Shown here in pieces: positions 33,045 to 42,015 of a DNA stretch of 64,000 nt. Source of the DNA: an uncultured Acidobacteriota bacterium (GTDB taxonomy: Bacteria > Acidobacteriota > UBA6911); the NCBI GenBank assembly GCA_963809485.1, contig CAWEJX010000010.1, positions 1 to 64,000 of the forward strand, in the 5' to 3' direction. The notes under the pieces were generated by a model. It had not been told where the DNA came from and searched no databases. It saw only the letters and a list, made by a program, of their open reading frames with translations. Position 1 is the stretch's first letter, and every line of letters begins with the position of its first letter. A program made the translations under genes and the position numbers.

Positions 33045-33564
33045 CTACCTCCCCTTCTCTGCGACCGACAGGACAGCCTTCAACACGTGGTAGTGGCTGA
33101 CGCAGCGGCAGAAATTGCCCGAGAGGGCTTCCTTGATCTCTTCTTCTGTAGGATGAGGATTTTCATTGAGAAGGGCCTTCGAGGTCATGATCATTCCGGG
33201 CGTGCAAAAACCGCACTGAAAGGCGGTGTGGTCGATGAAGGCCTGCTGCAGCGGATCGAGTGTCGCCGGTTTTCGGATCCCTCAAACCCTCGATGGTGTG
33301 AATGTTTTTGCCGTCGCATTCGATGGTGAGAATCTTGCAGGAATTGAACCGCCTTGCCATCCATGATGACCGTGCAAGCCCCGCAGGCGCCCTGGCCGCA
33401 GGCGGCTTTGGTGCCGGTCAGTCCGAGAGTCTCTCTCAGCGTGTGGACCAGCGTGTGCGCCGGATCGATCTGTCCCGGCCTGCTGCCCACATCGAGTTCT
33501 ATGCCTGTCCGTTTACCGTCAAATGGATCGGTTTCGTTGCCGCCACTTTCTTCTCCTCAGACAC
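33045..33564 (-). CDS. (2Fe-2S) small subunit (CoxS/XdhC-like), frameshifted
   Basis: [43 protein letters not shown]; start uncertain. Confidence 0.85.
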
Positions 33565-33739
33565 TTGTTGCCATTCAGTTTCTGTCAAAAAAACCGTGAA
33601 TGAAATATGGGGTCAAGAAAACAGCCACGAATTAAAAGTACAGAATAATTGCAGCCGCCCCCGCATAGGTCAAGCAGTAATAGCTGATTTGCTGAAATTC
33701 CCGGTTCGCGGCGGCGCTTTCTATAGGGGATTTGCTGCT

Positions 33740-34510
33740 CTACAGCCCGCCGGCGGGAGCAGCCACGGCTTTCGCTTTAGGCGCCTCTTTCCCGGGAGCC
33801 CCCGGGACGCCATCGGGTTGCGGCGGCGACAGGTCGACATCATATCCGCCTATATCAGTCTGAGAAGGCAATTCGTGAACCAGCTTCAGAGCTCCCATCG
33901 GGCAGGTGGTTACACAGGCCTGGTTGCCCGAAGGCCCGCCCTTCTTGCTGAAATAGGGAGAATCAGCACACAAATCGCATTTGGTGGATTTTTTGGATGC
34001 GGGATTCCAAACCGTGCGGTGCGGGTTGAACGGGCATGTCCGGAGACAGGTCTGGCAGCCGATGCACTTTTGCGCGTCTATCATTCTCACATTGCCGTTT
34101 TCCGCGCTGACGTGACAGGCGCCGGTAGGGCAATTCTTGACGCACATCGGCTCGGGGCACTGGCGGCACACGTTGATCTGGATATCGTAGGGATAGCGGG
34201 TAAGAACAGCACGGCTCACCTGAATCCGGGCCAGGGATATACTGGTTTCGCCGTCGTGGACGAGAGAGCAGGCAAGCATGCAGCTCTGGCATCCGGCACA
34301 ACGCCGGCTGTCGTAAACTATATAGCCGGTGGAAAGAGCATATGGATTCTTTTCGGCGGCCACCGCCGCAGGTCCGGCCAACGAGCCTGCCGGGGTGCAT
34401 GCGGTGAGCGCTCCGCCTGCCAGAACAGTTCCGCTGCCGACGACGAAATCGCGCCGTGTAAATTTTTTACTTTTGGACTTCCTGGATCCAGCCTTGTCGG
34501 CTCCAGCCAT
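33740..34510 (-). CDS. Tat-exported multi-4Fe-4S ferredoxin-type subunit (DmsB/NrfC-like), probable lipoprotein
   Basis: TRRDFV, LTAC; CAGCQSCMLAC, CRQCPEPMCVKNCP, CIGCQTCLRTCP, KCDLC...ACVTTCP. Confidence 0.9.
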   Translation of the reverse strand: MAGADKAGSRKSKSKKFTRRDFVVGSGTVLAGGALTACTPAGSLAGPAAVAAEKNPYALSTGYIVYDSRRCAGCQSCMLACSLVHDGETSISLARIQVSRAVLTRYPYDIQINVCRQCPEPMCVKNCPTGACHVSAENGNVRMIDAQKCIGCQTCLRTCPFNPHRTVWNPASKKSTKCDLCADSPYFSKKGGPSGNQACVTTCPMGALKLVHELPSQTDIGGYDVDLSPPQPDGVPGAPGKEAPKAKAVAAPAGGL

Positions 34511-34923
34511 GGACGATACCTCCTGTAGCTTTCCTTTATATCAGGTTATCGGAACTATACAATTGCGCTTTGTGTGTCCGGCAACTGCGAATTGTCCTTA
34601 AAGCATCCGCTTGCCCGCATGATGCCGACATCTCGCCCGGTCCCTCACATATCTTAAAAATGGAGCCTGCAAGCTTGATATAATATTGCTTTAATTCATT
34701 CGCTGCCGTATATCAGGCCGCCTGGCATCCTATACTGAATATGGTCTCATATCTGACGCAATGCCGGCCGGGATTTTCGCTTCGGTCAAGGAATCCTCAG
34801 GCGACCGGGAAAGGGCCGTTCATGAACCTGCCCCCGAAATTCGGGGCCCAAAGGGAAATATATAACCAATTCCGGGATGATTAAAGGATATACCTGTAAC
34901 AGATTGCCGGCGGGGCCGGAGCC

Positions 34924-35562
34924 ATGAGCGCAGACCTCGATTCAGGATTCGAGATACGGGATTCGAGATCAGCCCCTCGAGTCGTGAACCTGCGTTTTTA
35001 TGAGGAACTTAACGATATTCTGCCTCCGGATAAAAGGAAGCGCCGATTTGCGCATCGGCTCAAGCCTTCGCAATCGGTTCGGGAAATTCTAAAAGACCTT
35101 TGCGTGCCATGCGCAGAAGTCGAGATGGTACTCGTCAACGGCGAATCGGTGGACTTCCCGCATCGTCCCGAAGACGGGGATTTTGTCAGCGTCTATCCTG
35201 TCTTTGAGTCGATCGATGTGAAGCCGCTTGTGCGGCTGCGTGCGGCGCCTCTGCGCCGTTCGCGTTTCCTCGCGGGCAAGGGCTTGCGCCGCCTTGCGCG
35301 CAGTCTGCGCTCGCTGGGGTTTGATACTCTGGATTGCAGCTCCTGGCCGTGGGAGACCATCGTTCGCGTGATTGATGAGGAACGGCGCATTTTGCTGACA
35401 AGAGAGTCAATTCAGGGGCGAATCCCGGAGATTTCCCGAGCCTGCGTCGTTCGGCATTCGCAGCCGGGCGAACAGCTGACAGAGGTCCTGTCAAGATTCG
35501 ATCTATCGATTCCTGTGGATCTTTCAGCCGGCAGTCCCTCTCCCCGCAAAACTGAAAGATGA
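34924..35562 (+). CDS. Mut7-C ubiquitin-like/PIN domain protein, degenerate
   Basis: LRFYEELNDIL, EVEMVLVNGESVDF, SVYPVFESID, LARSLRSLGFDT, RILLTR; no C-terminal Zn ribbon. Confidence 0.8.
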   Translation: MSADLDSGFEIRDSRSAPRVVNLRFYEELNDILPPDKRKRRFAHRLKPSQSVREILKDLCVPCAEVEMVLVNGESVDFPHRPEDGDFVSVYPVFESIDVKPLVRLRAAPLRRSRFLAGKGLRRLARSLRSLGFDTLDCSSWPWETIVRVIDEERRILLTRESIQGRIPEISRACVVRHSQPGEQLTEVLSRFDLSIPVDLSAGSPSPRKTER

Positions 35563-36329
35563 CGAATGACGGCCTAAGAATGTCGATTGAAGCCTTTGCT
35601 AATTCGTCCATCGTCCATAATCCATCTTCCATCTATCCTCCGGTTTTTCAGGCTCTCAACGCTCAGCACCTGGCAGCCCTGGGTATTATGGCCTCGCTGG
35701 GCGTGGCCATCGCCTGGGCTTCGGCCATATTGCCGCCGGTTCCGCGCAAATGGCTGGGACGGTTCATAGGACTTCTGTTGCTCGGTTATGCCGCGGTTTT
35801 TTACATCCAACAGGGGATCGGACATTCTTTGAGCTGGGAATATTCGCTGCCCCTCGAGTTATGCAGTCTGGTGCTGATCGCCTGCATTCTTTGCATGTTC
35901 TGGCCTCATCCGTTCACGGCGGAAATCGCGTATTTTTGGGGATTGGGCGGGGTTTTGCAGGCCATCGCCACTCCCGATCTTGCCTTGGGCTTTCCATCAT
36001 GGGAATTCATCCTGTTTTTCTGGGGCCATGGGGCCACGGTGCTCGCCATTGTTTATTTGATTGCGGGCGGGTCCTTCAGGCCGAGCCGGGTCAGCGTCCT
36101 GAGGATGATGTTGGCATTGAATTTATATGGGCTGGCGGTGGGTGCCATAGATGCCGTCATGGGATGGAATTACGGCTTCCTGTGCCGGAAGCCTTCAATG
36201 CCTTCGCTGCTTGATTACCTGGGTCCGTGGCCGTGGTACCTGCTGTCCCTGGAGCTGATAGCCCTCGTCAGCTTTTTTCTCCTGGACCTGCCATGGCGTC
36301 TTTTAATATTGTTCCGGAAGAAATCGTAA
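35559..36329 (+). CDS. TIGR02206/YwaF-type integral membrane protein
   Basis: SLPLELCS, YFWGLGGVLQAIATPDL, FFWGHG, NYGFLCRKP..SLLDYLGPWPWY; true start may lie downstream. Confidence 0.85.
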   Translation: MTNDGLRMSIEAFANSSIVHNPSSIYPPVFQALNAQHLAALGIMASLGVAIAWASAILPPVPRKWLGRFIGLLLLGYAAVFYIQQGIGHSLSWEYSLPLELCSLVLIACILCMFWPHPFTAEIAYFWGLGGVLQAIATPDLALGFPSWEFILFFWGHGATVLAIVYLIAGGSFRPSRVSVLRMMLALNLYGLAVGAIDAVMGWNYGFLCRKPSMPSLLDYLGPWPWYLLSLELIALVSFFLLDLPWRLLILFRKKS

Positions 36330-36375
36330 GCGCGGACGGTCGGGAATCGGGCGAAGGATTCCGTTTCGAGGTGAT

Positions 36376-38292
36376 ATGGAGAAGAATCGCGAGTTCACTG
36401 TTCGAGCCGTGGTGATCGGTCTTGTGCTGAGCCTGGCCATGGCCGCCGCAAACATGTATCTTGGCCTTAAGGTCGGAATCACCATCAGCGCGAATATCCC
36501 CTGCAGTGTCATCGCTCTGATCCTTTTCCATACCATCCTGCGGTCCCGCACCATGGCGGAGGTGAACCTATCGCAGGCAACCGGCTCGGTCGGGGAAGGT
36601 ATGGCTGCCGGCGTGATTTTTGTTTTTCCGGCCCTGGTGCTGTCAGGGGCGTACAAGCCCTCTGCCGAATGGGGGATCCCGGAATATGCGACTGTAACAC
36701 TGGCGGTTCTTGCCGGGAGCATTCTCGGGGTGGTTCTCACCGGTTTTTTAAGGCGGCCGATGGTGGTGGAATCCCTGGAACTGAAATACCCCGAAGGCGT
36801 GGCAACCGCCGAGATCCTGAAAACGGGCATGGCCGCATTTGGGGAAGGGCGCCGGGAAAGCATCGGGCAAGTCGTTGTCGCTTTTTTCGGCGGCCTTGCC
36901 GTGAAAGTTTTTTCATCCGGAGTCGCCGTGTTTCAGGAAACCGTCTCGGGCGCATTCCGGCTGGGTAATTCGGCCTTCAGGCTGGGATCGGATGTTTCGG
37001 CAGCGCTTGTGGGCGTGGGATTCATCATCGAATTTAACGGCGCAGCGCTTGTGGCTCTGGGAGGCGCTCTCGCGTGGCTGTTTTTCATTCCCCTCTTTAC
37101 GGCACTGCAGCAAACGGCGGGCCCCGCAGCCGCTGCAGCCTCAACGGTATGGTCCGACCAGGTGCGCTACATAGGGGTGGGAGGAATGACGGTCGGGGGG
37201 CTCTGGTCGATCATTCAAATAAGACGCCAGCTGGTGGCCGGTATCCGTTCTGCAATAACAGGTTTGAGCGGGACCCGGGAAGTTGCCGCCGGATCCGCGG
37301 ATCCGGGGGAAGCGGATTTGAAGCAGGGGACGATCTGGACCCTGATCGTGGCCGGGATATTGATTGCGGCGGGGGTATATTTCTTCAATGTCGGCGCTCT
37401 GAGTTCAGGCATCGCGACGTTGTACACAATCCTGGCGGTTTTTTTCTTTGTGGCGATTTCGGTCTATATCGTCGGATTGATCGGGAGCACCAACCAGCCC
37501 GTTTCGGGAATCACCATCTGCACGTTTCTGCTCGCGGCGTTGTTTTTGTTCGCCGGGCAGGTCGGCGGAGCCGAGGCAGTCCGCACAATTCTGCTCGTGT
37601 CCGGAGTCGTCTGTCTCGCAGCCTGTCTTTCCGGAACGGCATCACAAAACTTCAAAACGGCTCTCATTGTGGGCGGTACTCCCCGGGCGCTCCAGGCGGG
37701 GCTCATCATCGCCGTGGTCGCCACGTCTCTGCTGGCGGCGCCGCTGATGGTGTTCCTGGACAAAGCATTCGGAATCGGGTCGGAAAGGTTGCTCGCTCCG
37801 CAGGCCAGCATGTTTTCGGCCATGGCAAATGGCCTGTTTATGGAGGGATCCAGCCTGCCCTGGGATATGATTGCCCTGGGCGCCGGATTATCGGTTCTCC
37901 TGATTTTGCTTGGAGAGTACCTGCGGAGACGCGGATCGGCTTGCGGCATCAGCCCGATGGCGGTTGCGGTGGGAATTTATCTTCCATTCACAACGACGCT
38001 TCCCATCCTGCTCGGCGGTCTGGTCCACCTGCTGGTGACCCGAAAATACCGCTCCCGAAACTTGCTGGAAAAAGCCATCCAGGCTGGAACCGTGCTCTGC
38101 GCAGGGTTGGTTGCCGGCGAAGCGCTGACCGGCATTTTCCTGGCTGTCCCGATCGGGCTGGATGTCCAGCTGCCATTACCCGTGATCCACTCCGAACTGG
38201 TCCGGAGCATTCTTTCAATCCTATTGCTCATCGCCCTGCCCTGGGCAATTTACCGGTCGATTGCCAAACTGCCCGACGATAGAGGCAGATAG
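36376..38292 (+). CDS. OPT family oligopeptide transporter
   Basis: EFTVRAV, NMYLGLKVG, LKYPEGVATAEIL, QPVSG, LLAPQA, VGIYLPF, GLVAGEAL. Confidence 0.9.
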   Translation: MEKNREFTVRAVVIGLVLSLAMAAANMYLGLKVGITISANIPCSVIALILFHTILRSRTMAEVNLSQATGSVGEGMAAGVIFVFPALVLSGAYKPSAEWGIPEYATVTLAVLAGSILGVVLTGFLRRPMVVESLELKYPEGVATAEILKTGMAAFGEGRRESIGQVVVAFFGGLAVKVFSSGVAVFQETVSGAFRLGNSAFRLGSDVSAALVGVGFIIEFNGAALVALGGALAWLFFIPLFTALQQTAGPAAAAASTVWSDQVRYIGVGGMTVGGLWSIIQIRRQLVAGIRSAITGLSGTREVAAGSADPGEADLKQGTIWTLIVAGILIAAGVYFFNVGALSSGIATLYTILAVFFFVAISVYIVGLIGSTNQPVSGITICTFLLAALFLFAGQVGGAEAVRTILLVSGVVCLAACLSGTASQNFKTALIVGGTPRALQAGLIIAVVATSLLAAPLMVFLDKAFGIGSERLLAPQASMFSAMANGLFMEGSSLPWDMIALGAGLSVLLILLGEYLRRRGSACGISPMAVAVGIYLPFTTTLPILLGGLVHLLVTRKYRSRNLLEKAIQAGTVLCAGLVAGEALTGIFLAVPIGLDVQLPLPVIHSELVRSILSILLLIALPWAIYRSIAKLPDDRGR

Positions 38293-38327
38293 GGATTCCG
38301 AAATTGGAGGCTCCCCGCCAGCCGTGA

Positions 38328-38356
38328 TTGACCCTGACCTTCGGCCGCCGTAAAAT
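38328..38356 (+). promoter_or_regulatory. Sigma70-type promoter of uvrA
   Basis: TTGACC-N17-TAAAAT, 18 nt before the ATG. Confidence 0.55.
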
Positions 38357-38374
38357 TATCTATTTGGTCTATTC

Positions 38375-41180
38375 ATGCTAGATAAGATCGTGGTGCGCGG
38401 TGCGCGCCAGCACAATCTGAAGAATATCAGTCTCGAAATTCCACGGCACCAATTGACCGTAATAACGGGCCTTTCGGGTTCAGGCAAATCGAGCCTCGCT
38501 TTCGACACCATCTATGCCGAGGGGCAGCGGCGCTATATCGAATCGCTGTCCACATACGCGCGCCAGTTCCTGGAAAGGATGGAAAAGCCCGAAGTCGACA
38601 GCGCTGAAGGGCTTTCCCCCGCAATCAGCATCGAGCAGAAAACCACAAGCCGCAGTCCCCGCTCCACGGTCGGAACTGTGACGGAAATATATGATTACAT
38701 GCGACTGCTGTTTGCCTCGATCGGCAAACCGATTTGCCACATCTGCGGCAAACCGATCTCGCACCAGACTGCCGACCAGATTGTCGATCTGATTGCGGCA
38801 TACCCCGAAAACACCAGGGTCCTCATCATGGCGCCGGTGGTTCGCGACCGCAAGGGAGAGTTCAAAAAGCTCTTTGAAAAGTATACCCAAAAGGGCTACT
38901 TGCGGGTACGGGTGGACGGGAAGGTGCGTGATATCGAGGAAGAGATCCGGCTCAGCAAAACCCGCAATCACACCATCGAAATTATTGTGGACCGTATCCT
39001 CATCAAACCGGGAATACGCCGCAGGCTGGAACAGTCCGTAAGGGCTGCGACAGAACTGGCCGAGGGATTGGTGACCGTCGCCGCACTGGAAATGGAAGAG
39101 AGGCTTTTCTCCGAGCGTCAGGCCTGCATCGATTGCGGCGTAAGCATTCCCACGCTCGAGCCGCGCTCATTTTCTTTCAACTCCCGGCACGGCGCCTGCC
39201 CCGAATGCAGCGGCATGGGAACGCGCCTGGTCGTAAATCCGGGCAATGTGATCCTCGATCCTGCCCAGCCTATTTCCTCGCTCAAGTTCCCGATCGAGGA
39301 CAAATGGATTGGAAATTATCTTCATGAGGCTCTTATCCAGTTGGCCCGAAAGCATAAAATAGATCTCAAAACCCCATTTGAGAAGCTCCCGGCCAGGTTT
39401 AAGGAAGTTTATTTTTTCGGAAGCCGCGCGCCGGTTGCCGGCGATGCGGGCGGTCGAAGTCCAGAGGGAACTTTCCCGGGCATAGGCCGGGGGCTCCAGG
39501 CAGTTTTGGAGGACCAGGAGAGTTCCCGATTCCACGAGGAGATTACAAAGCTTTTCTCAGCCCAGGACTGTCCCGTGTGCATGGGATCCCGCCTGAGGCC
39601 TGAAAGCCGTGCTGTCAGAATAAACAATCTCGGAATCTCAGATTATGCCCGGATGCCCCTGGAAAGTGCGGCCAGAGCATTCAATGAAATAAAGCTGACT
39701 CCGAGAGATGCGGAAATAGCCGGCCAGATACTGCGGGAGATTCGGGACCGCATGGATTTTTTGCTGAATGTCGGGGTCGGCTACCTTTCGCTCGACCGGC
39801 CTGCTTCATCCCTGTCCGGCGGCGAAGGGCAACGCATACGCCTTGCAACCCAGATCGGATCGAAACTACGCGGTGTTCTGTACGTCCTGGACGAGCCCTC
39901 GATCGGCCTTCATCCCAGGGATAACCGCCGGCTGCTGGATACTCTTGCCGGTTTGCGGGATATGGGCAACACCATCCTCGTCGTCGAACACGACGAGGAG
40001 ACGATGCGCAGCGCAGATCATATTGTTGACCTTGGTCCGGGCGGAGGCCGGGCCGGAGGGCAGGTTGTGGTCACGGGCACGATAGAGGACGTCATGCGCT
40101 CACCGGAATCCGTCACGGGCAAGTACCTGACCGGCGAGCTTCGGATCGACTATGCCGACCAACGGCGGAAAGGAAATGGCAAATGCCTTGTGGTGAAGGG
40201 AGCACGCCACAATAATCTCAAAAACCTCGACGTGTAATTTCCCGCTCGGATTATTCATTTGTGTGACCGGAGTCTCGGGCGCGGGCAAATCTACGCTGGT
40301 CGGGGATATTCTCTATAAATCGCTCTCACGCAAGCTGCACCGGGCTTTGACTGATCCCGGCCTGCACAGCGAAATCCTGGGTGTCGAACACCTGGATAAG
40401 GTGATTGAAATCGATCAGTCTCCTATCGGGCGGACGCCGCGGTCCAATCCTGCGACCTATACCGGGCTTTTTACGCCTCTAAGAGAGCTTTTTGCCATGC
40501 TGCCTGAGTCCCGCATAAGGGGCTATAAACCCGGCAGGTTCAGTTTTAACGTCAAAGGGGGACGCTGTGAAGACTGCCAGGGGGATGGTCTGCGCCGCAT
40601 CGAAATGAGTTTCCTGCCCGATGTCCACGTTTTGTGCGAAACATGCCAGGGGAAGCGCTATAACCGTGAAACTCTCGCCGTAAAATACAAAGGATTTTCC
40701 ATCGCCGATGTGCTCGAAATGAATATCAGCGATGCGTATGTGCTGATGGAAAACATACCCTCGATCGCGCAGAAGCTGCAGACCCTGAACGATGTCGGGC
40801 TGGGCTATGTCCAGCTCGGCCAGCAGGCCACGACTCTTTCGGGCGGCGAAGCTCAGCGCGTCAAGCTTTCGAAGGAGCTAAGCCGGCGGGCGACAGGACG
40901 AACGCTTTACATACTTGACGAACCGACCACCGGGCTTCATTTCCACGATGTCAAGAAACTCCTGGATATACTGAACAGCCTCGCGGACCGGGGCAACACG
41001 GTCATCGTCATCGAGCACAACCTGGATGTTATTAAAATGGCGGACCGGATTATTGATCTCGGCCCCGAGGGGGGAGAGGGCGGCGGAAGAATCGTCGCGC
41101 AAGGAACTCCGGAGCAAGTCGCCCGGGCGTCAGGGTCTGAAACCGGCCGTGCCCTGCGTAAAATGCTTGTCAGTTATTAG
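38375..41180 (+). CDS. uvrA: Excinuclease ABC subunit A, single frameshift near 40235
   Basis: [54 protein letters not shown]; two ORFs join at NLDV/FPLG. Confidence 0.97.
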
Positions 41181-41319
41181 CTATTAGTTATTAGGGATTA
41201 GTTATTAGGGATTAGGGAGATCAGGTAGTTGAGAAGTACCGATAAATTGCTACCTATTGTAATAGCAATACTTTTTCAAAAAAGGCAATCTTTCCTAATC
41301 CCTAATCCCTAATCCCTAA
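41174..41319. repeat. Inverted pair of TTAGNNN/TTAGGGA heptamer arrays
   Basis: TTAGCTA TTAGTTA TTAGGGA... at 41174-41218 and CCTAATCCCTAATCCCTAATCCCTAA at 41294-41319. Confidence 0.85.
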
Positions 41320-41330
41320 GAGGTGCGGGA

Positions 41331-41969
41331 ATGAAGGTCAGCGAGATTTTTTTCAGCATACAGGGGGAGTCGTCATTCGCCGGGCAGCCCTGCGCTTTCG
41401 TGCGGATGGCTGGCTGCAATCTCCGTTGCAGCTACTGCGATTCCCGGTACGCTTTTTATGACGGCACGGAAATGTCCGTCCCCGAAATAATGGAAGCCGT
41501 CAAACCGCATCCCACGACTCTGGTGCTGGTCACCGGCGGGGAGCCGATGCTTCAGGAATCGGTCCATCACCTTTTCAGGCAATTGCTCGAAAGCGGCTAT
41601 ACGGTTCTGCTTGAAACCGGGGGGCAGGTCCTGCTGTCGCGGGTGGATCCGCGCGTGCACAAAATCATGGATTTCAAGTGTCCTTCCAGCGGGATGTGCG
41701 ACCATAATGATTACGGCAATGTCGATTGGCTGACGCGCAACGACGAAGTTAAGTTTGTAATCGGCGGCCGCGAGGATTTTGACTGGGCCTGCGATATTGT
41801 GCGTCGATACGGTTTGGCCTCCCGGGTGGGCGCCATTCTCTTTGCTCCGGTTTTCGGGAAGCTGCCCTATGCCGATCTGGCTGCCTGGGTTTTGAGCTGC
41901 GGACTCCCGATCCGCCTGCAGCTGCAGCTGCACAAGATAATTTGGCCCGATATTCCACGCGGGGTGTAG
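41331..41969 (+). CDS. queE: 7-carboxy-7-deazaguanine synthase (radical SAM)
   Basis: EIFFSIQGES, GCNLRCSYCDS, VTGGEP, LETGG, QLHKIIW. Confidence 0.9.
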   Translation: MKVSEIFFSIQGESSFAGQPCAFVRMAGCNLRCSYCDSRYAFYDGTEMSVPEIMEAVKPHPTTLVLVTGGEPMLQESVHHLFRQLLESGYTVLLETGGQVLLSRVDPRVHKIMDFKCPSSGMCDHNDYGNVDWLTRNDEVKFVIGGREDFDWACDIVRRYGLASRVGAILFAPVFGKLPYADLAAWVLSCGLPIRLQLQLHKIIWPDIPRGV

Positions 41970-42015
41970 TCCTCAAAGGACAGGTTGAGATGACGCGCGC
42001 GCAAAAGGTTGCCTC

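Noticed and set aside
26273-33564. Selenocysteine (UGA) recoding in the island
   Set aside because: The UGSC ORF is open with no UGA at the motif; breaks in the Mo genes change frame, so they are indels
40225-40265. Split uvrA as programmed frameshift or readthrough
   Set aside because: No slippery heptamer or known recoding in uvrA; a single indel in an error-prone assembly is simpler
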